Numbered from the stretch's first letter, positions 19,634 through 30,021 are shown. The stretch: DNA of 64,000 nucleotides from an uncultured Bdellovibrionales bacterium (GCA_964510065.1 CAZEAC010000010.1:2074-66073), one strand, 5' to 3'. Made by a program: numbers and translations. Notes: a model not told the origin generated them from the sequence alone.

Positions 19634-19922
19634 AAAATACCTTGCCATAAATACCCCCGCGGTCGTTTCTTTGAAGAACTGCCGATCTCTAATGCTTATT
19701 GTATTCTACAGGATATTTGGCTAACCGGTCGCCTTTCAAGATCAGGCGATCTCCTTGTCGCCTACAAAGGTAGGCCGCATCGGTAAACGGAGCCCGTAAA
19801 TCGCGTCAGGGCTCTGTTCCGGTGAGAGTTGCGAGTCCGGAGGATAGTGCTGATAGAACGGCCATTCGTTCATTTCGAACCAAACCCTAGCGCCCTGGTC
19901 TGATAGTAAAAGGAACGGCTCT

Positions 19923-20813
19923 ATGCAGGGGAAATTTCATTCACAGTACAGGCAATATTCAGTACGAAGGACGCGGATTGCCGTGTGTATAGCGACGTCG
20001 CTCTCTCTAATCTTTGGAGTGGCGCTAGTTTTGGTCCTGCTTCCGCTTCGGACGGCTCCCAAGGTGCCGGTAAGCGTGGAGAAAAGCGAAGCAACGGCGT
20101 ATCGCGCAGTTAAGCTCTTTACCGTTGAAAGTGAAATCGGGGCCGGAACAGCGCTTGGCTCGGTTCGTGTTCGCGAGCTTCAATGGCCGGCGAGTGAAGT
20201 TTCGAAGGATGCGGTTCGTAACCTTTCCGACTTAGAAGGTCGCTACGCACGAATTACCCTGGTTCCAGGAAATCCAATTCGCTTGAGCGAGACAACCAAT
20301 GAGCGGCCATTGATTAATCCTTTAGGCTCGCTCATTCCACCCGGGTACAGGGCGATTGCCATCCAGATCGATGATGTGATTCGAGAAGAGAACTTAATTG
20401 GGCCGCAATCAATTGTCGATGTGACGTTAACCTATCGCGAGAGCGACAGGCTCAAAAGTAAGATAATCGTCGAAAATGCTCTTGTGGGCTCGCGAAATGG
20501 AGATATCGAGCCGTATAAAGAGAGTGACTTAAAGACTATCAAGCAGAGCCGGACACTTACCCTGGTAATAAAAACGGAGGATGCGCTTAAAATATCCGTT
20601 GCGCAGCAGCTTGGTAAAATAGGCTTACTTCTCAAAAGTGAAGCCGCTTCACGGGCGAGTCCCGGAGTATTAGAAACTGATGAGTTTAAAGTGTTGAATG
20701 GTGAGGGTGCGGAAGCACCAGGCAAGCTCGCCTGTCAGAGAGGTACCGCGGTAATTGATGGGCGAAAAGTTGTAATTGGTTGCGATGATTCACTGACCGC
20801 GCTACCAAAGTAA
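19923..20813 (+). CDS. cpaB: Flp pilus assembly protein CpaB/RcpC-like
   Basis: N-terminal TM anchor (IAVCIATSLSLIFGVALVLVLL) and a SAF-like region (VRNLSDLEGRYARITLVPGNPI). Size (296 aa) and architecture match CpaB. Confidence 0.6.
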   Translation: MQGKFHSQYRQYSVRRTRIAVCIATSLSLIFGVALVLVLLPLRTAPKVPVSVEKSEATAYRAVKLFTVESEIGAGTALGSVRVRELQWPASEVSKDAVRNLSDLEGRYARITLVPGNPIRLSETTNERPLINPLGSLIPPGYRAIAIQIDDVIREENLIGPQSIVDVTLTYRESDRLKSKIIVENALVGSRNGDIEPYKESDLKTIKQSRTLTLVIKTEDALKISVAQQLGKIGLLLKSEAASRASPGVLETDEFKVLNGEGAEAPGKLACQRGTAVIDGRKVVIGCDDSLTALPK

Positions 20814-21571
20814 GCTTTTTCTCCAATCAGCGCATCAAGTGCGACGAATTCGAATCCGCGAGCACGTAGCTCACGAATAATCTGCGGCAACAACTGAACC
20901 GTCGCGTCGCCGTAATCGTGAAAGAGAAGAATTGCGCCCGGTGCTACCAATCGTAGTATTCGGCGGCGAAGCAACGCAGCATTTCGGATTACTGTGTCAA
21001 AGGAACGAAGGCTCCAGCCGATAGCCAGAAGATTTTGTTGCTCAATTGCTTTGGCCAGTGAAGGGGTGCTTACGCCGTTAGGCGGCCGAAAAAAGCGTGG
21101 CCGCTTCCCAGTAACTTGCATAATCGAGTCCGCGCATCGTTCGAGATCTCGACAAATCTTCGCGGTGCTTTGAATTGCGAAATAATGTGGATGAGCAAAG
21201 CTGTGGTTGCCAACGATGTGCCCCTCGCTGATCATCGTGCGCACAAGCTGCGGGTTCTCTTCGACTCGTCGCCCGATACAGAAAAAAGTCGCGGTAATCT
21301 GTTCGTTACGGAGAATCTCCAGTATTCGTTCGGTGTTTCCGGCAATAGGCCCGTCGTCAAAGGTGATTGCGATCTGTCTGGCCGAGGTTTTTCCGCGGCA
21401 GGTAAGTGGAAAGTAATATTGAAAAGAAACATCGGCCACGCCGAATGATACGAGCGTTACATACCATGCCACCGCGAGGAGAAGGATCCAACCGGCAATC
21501 CAGCCCTGGGCATAGATCACCGCAAGAAGCGCAAAAAAGGTAAAGAAAAGTATGCGTATCCGGAGGTCCAT
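20735..21571 (-). CDS. polysaccharide deacetylase (CE4, NodB-homology domain) with an N-terminal TM segment
   Basis: ITFDDGP...TATFFCIGRRVEENPQLVRTMISEGHIVGNHSFAHP matches CE4 motifs (TFDDG, H-x4-H). Start set at MDLRI (the ORF track extends to 21703). The C-terminal 79 nt overlap cpaB convergently. Confidence 0.75.
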   Translation of the reverse strand: MDLRIRILFFTFFALLAVIYAQGWIAGWILLLAVAWYVTLVSFGVADVSFQYYFPLTCRGKTSARQIAITFDDGPIAGNTERILEILRNEQITATFFCIGRRVEENPQLVRTMISEGHIVGNHSFAHPHYFAIQSTAKICRDLERCADSIMQVTGKRPRFFRPPNGVSTPSLAKAIEQQNLLAIGWSLRSFDTVIRNAALLRRRILRLVAPGAILLFHDYGDATVQLLPQIIRELRARGFEFVALDALIGEKAYFGSAVSESSQPITTFRPSITAVPL

Positions 21572-21647
21572 TGTCATAGGGCGCAGCCAATATATACTCA
21601 CTTTTGAGGCCTGCTCAATACAGAGCGGCAAATTGTCCATCTTGTTT

Positions 21648-24140
21648 ATGTCGTCAACGAGCGCGTCAATTATCCATGGTCGGGCCCGCTTCGAATTCGT
21701 CACCGAAGGCGCGCTGCGTATTGAATGGTCGGCAACCGCGGCTTTCGAAGGAAAAAGAAGTCTATCCGTGGCTGCTCGTAAGGGCTCGAAAATTGAGGTG
21801 AAAAGGAAGGTACGCGGAGACCGAGTTCAGCTCTGCACTCCCGTGTTGTCGGTCGAATATTGTGATGATGGCTCGGCGCTATCAGAGCAGAATCTTAAAG
21901 TCTCATGGCGCCGCGGAGGTATGCATGGGGTTTGGCACCCTGGGCTTGAAGATAACGCCAATCTTCGCGGGACTGCGCGCACGTTAGATGGAATCCATGG
22001 GGGCGAGGTAAAGTTGGGAGCCGGCTTTGTCTCACGAAGTGGTTGGAGTTTTGTCGATGACTCGAAAACACCGCTTTGTGGCGATGATGGATGGGTCGAG
22101 CCACGGCATGAGCAGGGCTATTTAGACTATTATTTATTTACGTTTGGTCTTGAATATCAGACGGCGCTGCGTGAAGCAGCGCTGGTATTCGGTCACCAAC
22201 CACTACCTCCTCGGTATGCGCTCGGCTATTGGTGGAGCCGCTACTGGGCCTATACCGATAAAGAGCTTGAGCAGCTCGTACAGAGCTTTGAGCGTTTTCA
22301 GATCCCGCTTGATGTGTTGGTGGTCGATATGGATTGGCACCTTGAAGGGTGGACTGGCTATACCTGGGATACTCGCTATTTCCCGGATCCGGCGGACTTC
22401 ATCGCCTGGGTTAAGTCAAAAGGGCTTCGATGCACTCTCAATCTTCACCCGGCCAAAGGCGTTGCGGCGCACGAGCAGGCCTTCCCGGCAATGAAGCGAG
22501 CCCTCGGCATTGCAAAGGCATCTACGGCTCCTATCGCTTTTGATTGTACTGACCAGCGTTATATGCGTCAGTACTTTTCCCAGTTACACCATCCGCTGGA
22601 GAAGCTCGGTGTCGATTTTTGGTGGATTGATTGGCAGCAGGGGAAGGAGTCAAAAATTCCTGGGCTTGATCCTTTGGCCTGGCTTAATCGAGTGCACTTC
22701 GAAGATAACGAGAAACAGCATCCGCGTGAGCGTGGACTTATCTTAAGTCGCTTCGGTGGCCTTGGCGCGGGACGTTATCCGATCGGATTTTCCGGTGATA
22801 CGAACTCGGATTGGGAGTCGTTACGCTATCAGCCTTATTTTACCGCGAATTCTGCCAATGCATTGTATGGGTACTGGAGCCACGATATTGGAGGGCATCA
22901 TAGTGAGCAGATGAATCCGGAGCTATTTCTTCGATGGATGCAGTATGGCTGCTACTCGCCGATACTTAGAACCCATACCTCAAAACACCCTTGCGCCGAA
23001 CGGCGCGCCTGGGCCTATCCAGCTCCGTTTGCTGATATGATTATCGCGGCGATTCGCCGCCGCTATGAGTTAGTTCCCTATGTGTATACCGAGAACCGGC
23101 GCTCATTCGACAGCGCAGTCTCGCTTTGTCATCCGCTCTATTATCATTTTGCTAAACACGCCGATGCGTACGAATGTCCTGAGCAGTATTTCTTCGGGAA
23201 AAGTATGATAGTGGCTCCAATAACTGCGCCGGCGGACCCAAGTAGTGAAACGGCTTCAAAAAAAATATGGATACCTCCTGGAGAATGGTTTGAGGAGTCA
23301 CATGGCATACTCAACAAAGGACCGCGCTGGATCGTCGCGAACTATCTGCACGATGAAGTGCCTATCTTTTTTCGAAGTGACTGCATAATTCCCAGCCAGT
23401 TCGCTCCGCAAAGGCTTGCTCGGAAAAGTTATCGCGCCCTTGTCCTCACAATACCCCCCGGAAAGAGCGGCGAATATGATCTGTATGAAGATGATGGGAT
23501 AAGCAAGGAGTATTTGAAGGGAAGTTCGGTTTTGCTGCCGCTTCGCTATTCATGGCGAGGCAATACGCTCGTGATACGTATCGGTCCCGCGATTGGCCGA
23601 TATCCTGGATATCAGGCGAAAAAAGAGCTTACTCTCAGAATCCCTGCAATAAGTCCTCCCACAAGCGTGCGCCATAAGTCACGTAAGCTTGCCTGGTCGC
23701 ACCGCGAAAGAGCTGGCTTTTGGAGTTATGATGGAGACATGGTGAGCACGGTAGTGTTGCTTGGTGTGATTAATGTTCGAAAGCTCAATAAAGTCGAAAT
23801 CGTCTATGCCAAGAAGCGCCGGGTAGAGGGTCTTAAAGGGGTATTGAACAAGCTCAAGCTCATGCACCGTCATGCAAACGCTGCGCTCGATTTTAAGATA
23901 CTACATCCAGAGGAGCGACTTAGCGCCGAACTTGCGCAGACGGGGAACAGGATCTCGCGTGATCCTAAAAGCTTTGATCGTGAGATTCGAAACATGAAAA
24001 GTACCATGACAAAACTTCCAAAAGTTTTTGTAGAGATGCTCGAGAAGCTTGAAAATGAGGAACGGAGGGCGAGCCTTCGAAAAGCAGTCGAGATAGTATC
24101 GCAACTCAATCAGTTGTTATCCGCTCGCTCCAGGAAGTAG
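21648..24140 (+). CDS. glycoside hydrolase family 31 (alpha-glucosidase/alpha-xylosidase-like)
   Basis: DVLVVDMDWH, FWWIDWQQG and GFSGDTNSDWESL resemble the conserved GH31 catalytic blocks (WIDMNE / HWSGDN..W). Start placed at MSSTS (the ORF track gives 21552). Confidence 0.65.
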   Translation: MSSTSASIIHGRARFEFVTEGALRIEWSATAAFEGKRSLSVAARKGSKIEVKRKVRGDRVQLCTPVLSVEYCDDGSALSEQNLKVSWRRGGMHGVWHPGLEDNANLRGTARTLDGIHGGEVKLGAGFVSRSGWSFVDDSKTPLCGDDGWVEPRHEQGYLDYYLFTFGLEYQTALREAALVFGHQPLPPRYALGYWWSRYWAYTDKELEQLVQSFERFQIPLDVLVVDMDWHLEGWTGYTWDTRYFPDPADFIAWVKSKGLRCTLNLHPAKGVAAHEQAFPAMKRALGIAKASTAPIAFDCTDQRYMRQYFSQLHHPLEKLGVDFWWIDWQQGKESKIPGLDPLAWLNRVHFEDNEKQHPRERGLILSRFGGLGAGRYPIGFSGDTNSDWESLRYQPYFTANSANALYGYWSHDIGGHHSEQMNPELFLRWMQYGCYSPILRTHTSKHPCAERRAWAYPAPFADMIIAAIRRRYELVPYVYTENRRSFDSAVSLCHPLYYHFAKHADAYECPEQYFFGKSMIVAPITAPADPSSETASKKIWIPPGEWFEESHGILNKGPRWIVANYLHDEVPIFFRSDCIIPSQFAPQRLARKSYRALVLTIPPGKSGEYDLYEDDGISKEYLKGSSVLLPLRYSWRGNTLVIRIGPAIGRYPGYQAKKELTLRIPAISPPTSVRHKSRKLAWSHRERAGFWSYDGDMVSTVVLLGVINVRKLNKVEIVYAKKRRVEGLKGVLNKLKLMHRHANAALDFKILHPEERLSAELAQTGNRISRDPKSFDREIRNMKSTMTKLPKVFVEMLEKLENEERRASLRKAVEIVSQLNQLLSARSRK

Positions 24141-24461
24141 AAGGGTCGGTGTCGGGCTCGCTTTGTTAATTCTCTTCTGCCGTTCGAGAGTCATTCTACA
24201 TTGTTTTCCCAGCAGATCGGTCTTGCAGTTCTCCTCGATCATCCCACAGCGACGTTTCATGGCTTCTTCGATTCTTTTTTTTAGCTGATCCTGCGATCCT
24301 TGCTTATGTTTTGCTTTGGAGATAATTGGGGCTTGCATTACGGCACTTTCGCACCGTTTTTTCGCCTCAGCCACATCGAGCATGGTAATGTCTTCGGCGT
24401 GGAGCGAGATAACGTTTAGACAGAGAAAGACAGGTACGATAATTGCTGCTTTCATCGACAT
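24117..24461 (-). CDS. small secreted Cys-containing hypothetical protein, probably co-transcribed with the TadG-like gene
   Basis: Signal peptide MSMKAAIIVPVFLCLNVISLHA. Lies 2 bp downstream of the 24464-26605 gene. Confidence 0.45.
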   Translation of the reverse strand: MSMKAAIIVPVFLCLNVISLHAEDITMLDVAEAKKRCESAVMQAPIISKAKHKQGSQDQLKKRIEEAMKRRCGMIEENCKTDLLGKQCRMTLERQKRINKASPTPTLLLPGASG

Positions 24462-24463
24462 AG

Positions 24464-26605
24464 CTATTCGACAAGGGTAACAACCTTGTCGCCCTCAGTT
24501 TTTGTGCGTACGATCAGATCAAAGGGTCGCTGCGGTGTGAGTCGGCCGCGCACGACATCGCAGCTTGCAGGCTGAGTGCCGCCCTCAGAGAGCTCAAAAT
24601 TATATGGGGGAATATAGGAAGGCAAGGTAAGCGGCGGATCCCAATCAGGCTCTCCGTCTGCGTCGCAATCGTTAGCGACATTTATATCACGAGTTAAATT
24701 GCTAGTTGAGGGGAACTCTGCCCATGAGCCGTATCGCTGCCGTGCTCTGCCAGTTTCAATTGAGTAATCATATATTGTAGTGCGGATAAACCCGGCAATC
24801 TTCCACCCGGCGGCATCAGCAGGATCGATATGCCGTTCGCTCGATCTGCCGTTTACTCCGCGGCAGCCATATTTGTCGTTGTCGCCCTCACGAACAATAA
24901 TCGGAACATTTACTACCCAGGCTCGCGCTCCTAACATGCTTACTAGCGGGTAGGTGGTTGTGCGTGGGTTATAGTTATTAAGAAGCGCCGACGAGCAGGC
25001 GCCGTTATTGGTTCGACTTGAAAATGGGGTGTCTGTTCCCATATAGGGTGGAAGAAATGATGGATCGAGATAGGTTGAATAATCTTTGAAAGGGCGGTAC
25101 TTCTTCACATCACCTGTGTCATAGTCCCAAATTGCGCACATAAAATCACCCCTTCTATCCCAAGGCGCAAACATTTGACATATTCCATTGTCGACCCAGG
25201 TAATAAATTCATCTTGTAGCTCGACATCGCTTGCGAAATTATCAATCCGGCCGAACATATTCTTAACGTCATTCCCAACAAGTGGCCTGTAAAAATCTAT
25301 CGGATAGAAATTGGCAGGGTCAATAAAGAGCCAGGGCTTGATATACGCCCACTCAAGTGGCGTGGTCCTTAGCTGTGGATTATCCTTTGGAATGATCACT
25401 GAGTGGAAGCTATTTGCTCCGGAGAGCCTATCGCGCATACGATTTCGAGCATTGTCCGAAGTCAGGCCAGCAGGAAGTATGCTGAACCAATCACCTATAT
25501 CAGCCTGAATGCCTCCGCTTGGGCAGACATCGGTACCCACAAGCGCATTTCGTACCTGTGCTTCGTTCACCGTATCAGTTTGCGAACCTACCGGGAGCCC
25601 GACTACTCCGAAATGGTCAAAGTGCGTGTAGTTGGTCCTATCAAGGCGGAAGGTATTCCAAAATGGGGTCTCGTTCGTTGTCGAATGATACGCGAGCTCT
25701 TGCTCAAGGGCGTACTTACTCTGTAATCCAGTCAGTGTAGTATCGGAAGCGATTGCGTCAAAGGCGGCGTCGCTCATTGTCTTTGGATTTACCGGATCTG
25801 CGTAACCCACCGGCGTCCAAGAATCTGGAAGCGGCAAGCTAAGGTCAGAGTCGCCATGATACGCCTCGACCGGAAAAGCTGGGTAGGCGCAGTTTGTGCC
25901 ATCATCATTACAATAGATTTTTACCGGCGCAAAAAGCCTATCGACGTCGTCGACGTCATTGATATTAAGCTCGCCATTGTTATCGAGAAGAGCACAGAGC
26001 GGAATTGCAAAGGGCGCTGCGCACGTTTGCCCAATCCTATCAGCGATGGCTGTGGCGGTAACTTCGACTTCAAAAAGTGCATTAATAAATTTGGGAAGGC
26101 CTGGCTGCACTATCGGTCTGGTTAACTTCACCCGAACCGCGTTGGCAGCGACATACGGCGGAAGCACGACACTGGTCGTACCTTCTAAAGATCTAAAACC
26201 CGCTTCTGCGCTTGAATCAGGAAGCCATCGACCGCGCTCAAGGCTGACCGCGAGATTATCGGAGCCGCCGGGCCCGGCGTTCCAACTAACTTTAGTATCG
26301 TCACTGAGGTCGTTTCGGATAGCGCCGAGTTGGATAACTTTACTTGCACCCGGATAGCTTAAAACTTTCTGTCCCTCGATTGCGTCAAGCGCGGCGATAC
26401 GGGACTTTTCCCAGCAGTCGAGTGAGGAGCATAATGTTGCCGCCGCTGCGGTCGCCGCCAAGTCTGCGCTGCCCTGTAGTTGGCTACGCGCGAGCGCGAC
26501 CGATCCAACAAGCACGACGGTTCCAAGGAGGAACATAAGCGCAACGGCAATGAATATCGCCATTACTATGGCGACGCCGCGCTCGTGAGTAGATGAGTAC
26601 CGCAC
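24464..26605 (-). CDS. TadG-like (Tad_N-domain) large pilus-associated protein (713 aa)
   Basis: N-terminus HERGVAIVMAIFIAVALMFLLGTVVL matches the TadE/TadG N-terminal signature (ERG..A.V.FAL). Large Gly/Asn/Asp/Pro-rich extracellular region. Confidence 0.55.
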   Translation of the reverse strand: MRYSSTHERGVAIVMAIFIAVALMFLLGTVVLVGSVALARSQLQGSADLAATAAAATLCSSLDCWEKSRIAALDAIEGQKVLSYPGASKVIQLGAIRNDLSDDTKVSWNAGPGGSDNLAVSLERGRWLPDSSAEAGFRSLEGTTSVVLPPYVAANAVRVKLTRPIVQPGLPKFINALFEVEVTATAIADRIGQTCAAPFAIPLCALLDNNGELNINDVDDVDRLFAPVKIYCNDDGTNCAYPAFPVEAYHGDSDLSLPLPDSWTPVGYADPVNPKTMSDAAFDAIASDTTLTGLQSKYALEQELAYHSTTNETPFWNTFRLDRTNYTHFDHFGVVGLPVGSQTDTVNEAQVRNALVGTDVCPSGGIQADIGDWFSILPAGLTSDNARNRMRDRLSGANSFHSVIIPKDNPQLRTTPLEWAYIKPWLFIDPANFYPIDFYRPLVGNDVKNMFGRIDNFASDVELQDEFITWVDNGICQMFAPWDRRGDFMCAIWDYDTGDVKKYRPFKDYSTYLDPSFLPPYMGTDTPFSSRTNNGACSSALLNNYNPRTTTYPLVSMLGARAWVVNVPIIVREGDNDKYGCRGVNGRSSERHIDPADAAGWKIAGFIRTTIYDYSIETGRARQRYGSWAEFPSTSNLTRDINVANDCDADGEPDWDPPLTLPSYIPPYNFELSEGGTQPASCDVVRGRLTPQRPFDLIVRTKTEGDKVVTLVE

Positions 26606-26920
26606 CTCTTTGCCTCCAATGCAAACCGGTATTCTTACCAGCCCGGAGCAGATCTCCGCATTAGAAAAGAGCTCCGAGCGGTATCTACCCGACGTAAGCT
26701 CTTTCCTTAATCTCTAATCGGCAGTACTCCCGAAAAATTCCAATAAAATTCCCTACTTCCTATTTTAAAGCGTCTTGGGCGGCCATTCAACCTCTTCAGA
26801 ACGACGTATTTAACCTGAAGCATGCCTCGCTCTGCATAGGATGTGTGTAATAGGAAGCTAAGTGGGTAGCCACTTCGCTAGTGCCGGTATTCTGCGCCGG
26901 TACGACACGGATGGGGATAT

Positions 26921-27424
26921 ATGCGCTCTTTTCACGTAGTTAGAGGTGGGTCGAGTATTGGTGGGATACTCTTTGAGTGTGCCGCGATTCTTCCAGTAAT
27001 AATGACCTTTGGTGCGGTAATACTTGAATTCGGCGCAAACCTTAATGATCGCGCAAAACTAACCAAAGAAGCATCCGAGGTAGCACGACTAGTCAGCCGT
27101 AGCGCAGCACTTTCAAGTAACGAAGCTTTCTGCAACGGTGATGCACAACACCCGGGGGCGCTGAACGTGGCTCAATCCCGGCTGGTGGCCGTGGGATTGG
27201 TCGATGCGCATAATCCACAAAACTCTCCGTTCAGATCGCATATTCAGGCATCGTTCTCGGACCTTTCTAAACGTTGGAGAATTTCAGTAAAAATTGAACG
27301 TAATTTAGAAAGTGGACTTAGCTTGGTTCGAAAGTTTACTGGATTGGCGTCGGCCGAAGTGATTTCGCTTGCGAAACCGGAATATGGACCGCCAAATCCG
27401 ATTGAGACTTGGGAATGTAGTTAA
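26921..27424 (+). CDS. TadE/TadF-like pseudopilin
   Basis: RGGSSIGGILFECAAILPVIMTFGAVILEF is a TadE-like N-terminal motif. Confidence 0.5.
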   Translation: MRSFHVVRGGSSIGGILFECAAILPVIMTFGAVILEFGANLNDRAKLTKEASEVARLVSRSAALSSNEAFCNGDAQHPGALNVAQSRLVAVGLVDAHNPQNSPFRSHIQASFSDLSKRWRISVKIERNLESGLSLVRKFTGLASAEVISLAKPEYGPPNPIETWECS

Positions 27425-27437
27425 TTCGGGAAGGGTT

Positions 27438-27893
27438 ATGAAAAGAGAAAATATACACAGGAACGCTGAACGCGGTGCTACGCTAGTCGAAGCGACGGTG
27501 GGTGTTCCGCTGCTGATGATAATTACATTTCTCTTTGTTGCCTTTGGGCACTACGCCTATGTATCGATAGCGATTACCGATGCGATTGATGTCGCGGCTC
27601 GCGAGGCGTTGTCTTCTTTTTCACGCGGGTTGTCGAACTCGCAGATCGAATCAAATACAAACCAGGCGCTGCTTACTCGATTGAGCAAGTTCGGAATTGC
27701 GGGACACGGCGCAGTCGATCCCATTGTGCATACAAGCGAACTTTCTACAGTGCAAGTAAGCACCAATGGTGAAACCGAATTGCGGATTGAAGCCGAGGTG
27801 TACGCGCATGTATTCTTGAAGCCGATGAGAATACTCGAGACCGATAGACGAGGCCTTGGCAAGATTACGCGGACTATCTCAGTGCCGCTGTAG
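27438..27893 (+). CDS. TadE/TadF-like pseudopilin
   Basis: ERGATLVEATVGVPLLMIITFLFVAF is a TadE-like motif. Start at MKRENIH (the ORF track gives 27369). Confidence 0.55.
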   Translation: MKRENIHRNAERGATLVEATVGVPLLMIITFLFVAFGHYAYVSIAITDAIDVAAREALSSFSRGLSNSQIESNTNQALLTRLSKFGIAGHGAVDPIVHTSELSTVQVSTNGETELRIEAEVYAHVFLKPMRILETDRRGLGKITRTISVPL

Positions 27894-27979
27894 AGTGCCG
27901 CAGTAGCGGCGCATTCGGAGGTTCCATAGTAATAACCCCGGCTAGACAGTCTTTGCGAACTGCGGGAGAATCGCGATCA

Positions 27980-28612
27980 ATGAAACCTGTCGCGCATGTT
28001 ATTACTCATCCTTTGCTCTCGCAGTGCCTTACTGTTTTGCGTGACAAAAAGTCCGGAATGGTAGCCTTTCGTAAGGCGAGTAGTATAGCTTCTCAGATTC
28101 TCTTCTTTGAGGCGACGAAGTCATTAAGTATGCGTGCGGTATCGGTGTCAACTCCGCTCGCAAAGACTAAAGCATTTCAGGTACGAGATGAGCTCGTGAT
28201 GGTGCCGATTCTTCGCGCCGGTCTGGCAATGCTCTCGGCTGTTGAGGACCTTGTCCCCGAGGCTCCGGTCGGCTTTGTCGGACTTCGCCGTGACGAAAAG
28301 ACCGCGGTTGCGCAGCGCTACTATGAAAATATTCCGGATAAGTTACTAAAGCGCGAAATAATTGTTCTCGATCCCATGCTTGCTACTGGCGGCACGCTCG
28401 ATGAGACAGTAACGCTTCTCGAAAGAAGAGGTGCTCGGAAGATACGCTGTGTCAGCATTGTCGCAGCTCCTGAGGGCATTACACGCATGAATCAACGACA
28501 CCCAAAGGTTGAGCTCTTTACCGCGGCCATTGACCGCAAGCTTAACGCCAAGAAGTTTATCGTGCCCGGCCTCGGTGATTTTGGCGATCGGTATTTCGGT
28601 ACGGAGGCGTAA
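27980..28612 (+). CDS. upp: uracil phosphoribosyltransferase
   Basis: VPILRAGL, IIVLDPMLATGGT (PRPP-binding) and KFIVPGLGDFGDRYFGT are classic Upp blocks. GGGAGA ribosome-binding site upstream of the ATG at 27980. Confidence 0.9.
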   Translation: MKPVAHVITHPLLSQCLTVLRDKKSGMVAFRKASSIASQILFFEATKSLSMRAVSVSTPLAKTKAFQVRDELVMVPILRAGLAMLSAVEDLVPEAPVGFVGLRRDEKTAVAQRYYENIPDKLLKREIIVLDPMLATGGTLDETVTLLERRGARKIRCVSIVAAPEGITRMNQRHPKVELFTAAIDRKLNAKKFIVPGLGDFGDRYFGTEA

Positions 28613-28731
28613 AGCCGAAACTGTAAGTCGCAGGAAGTACTCATCTTTCGCGACGACGCCTAGGCCAAATAGCAGGTACTTACGTTTGATTAAAGGTCGA
28701 TGCCGCCTTATTCTTACGGCAGGAAGGGATC

Positions 28732-30021
28732 ATGGAATATTTTGCGGCAAGAAGAGCAGAGCAGGCGCTCCACAGCCACTTTCTAGGCCCGATGATGTTG
28801 GCGCAAGAGGGGATGATCTCGCGGGAGGGCCTTGCTCCGGCAAACTCTCCGATAGAACTTGGATCGCTCGGCTCGGCGCTCAGAGCCGCATTCAAGGCTG
28901 GGCTTTCGGCGCAGGGTGTCGCGCAGTTTGCGTCCGAGATTGCTGTGCTCTATCAACTCTCGGTACCTGAGCGAATACTTTTTAGGAAGCTTATTGAACG
29001 TAAGGTAGAGGAGGTGCTCGGTAGTCCTGAAACGCAGCACGGCTCGGTGGTGCTGAGTAATGATCCGCCCGCGCACTGCGTCGATACAGATCGCGTGCGA
29101 GTGACAGAGTTCCAGCTACCTGAAAATTCAGAAGATCGTTTTTCGGAAAGAGTTCGATGGTTTTTTTCTGAGCTGGCAGAATTTCAGTGCTGCGACTGTG
29201 GCTTCTCGAATGTTTACGATCCTAATCTCCAGTCAATAATGAGGGTCTCGCAGTTTGTCAGAGTGTTTCCTCGAGATGATTCTTCTCACGCTTTGGCTCG
29301 AGAGAACCTGTGGGGCACGATAGTTTCTAATCTTTGTTCTGATGTAATAGCGCAGAAGAATTGCCCAGGCGGTGTCAGGCGGCAGGATGCTGGCCAGTTT
29401 AATCTTCTCTTGGTTGACCTGCTGACCATGCCAATACCTAGCGGCTCGACACTTGGGATGAAGGTCGTTCTTGAGGCAGTTGAAGCCCCTGGCAATATGC
29501 TACGAGCAGGAGTCGCGGCATTTCCGGAACGAGAGAGACTCTTGCAAGCGTTGGTGAAACGTGGCCAATCCCAAGAGTGGGAGAGGCTCGACTCTGAAAA
29601 CGGCGATGCTTTAAGCATTAAGCAGTGGCGTGATCTGGCCCGTACATGGCGCGAGTCCGTACTACGGAAAGTCTTCGAACAGCTCAGAATCTTAGATGCG
29701 AGCGAAGAGATTGCTACTTTGGCGTTATCGCTTTTTCGTGAATCGCCTTGTCGGAGCGAGGTCGTACACATCGCGCTCTCAGCTCTTGAGGGAATTAGGC
29801 TGCCGGGGCAATGTCTCGTGAGTTTTCAAAGTATCATTCGTGATGAAGAGCGACGAAAACGCCAAGAGAAGACGCTCTCTCCAGAGAACTTCGAACGGCT
29901 CAGTAGACTCTTCAAGGCTGCGAAGTCGAACCTCTCAATCGTGGATCAACTCCGAGTAACCTTTGGTCGAGCGATTAAAAAGCGTGTCAGTCACGACTTA
30001 CCTTCTTTTCGGCTTGTCTAA
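28732..30021 (+). CDS. hypothetical protein (429 aa)
   Basis: Clean ORF. No recognised motif. Confidence 0.45.
   Translation: MEYFAARRAEQALHSHFLGPMMLAQEGMISREGLAPANSPIELGSLGSALRAAFKAGLSAQGVAQFASEIAVLYQLSVPERILFRKLIERKVEEVLGSPETQHGSVVLSNDPPAHCVDTDRVRVTEFQLPENSEDRFSERVRWFFSELAEFQCCDCGFSNVYDPNLQSIMRVSQFVRVFPRDDSSHALARENLWGTIVSNLCSDVIAQKNCPGGVRRQDAGQFNLLLVDLLTMPIPSGSTLGMKVVLEAVEAPGNMLRAGVAAFPERERLLQALVKRGQSQEWERLDSENGDALSIKQWRDLARTWRESVLRKVFEQLRILDASEEIATLALSLFRESPCRSEVVHIALSALEGIRLPGQCLVSFQSIIRDEERRKRQEKTLSPENFERLSRLFKAAKSNLSIVDQLRVTFGRAIKKRVSHDLPSFRLV

Noticed and set aside
28509-28970. 153-aa plus ORF overlapping the upp 3' end and the start of the next gene
   Set aside because: It is in an alternative frame across two better-supported genes, and its peptide is Arg/Ser/Pro-rich low-complexity.
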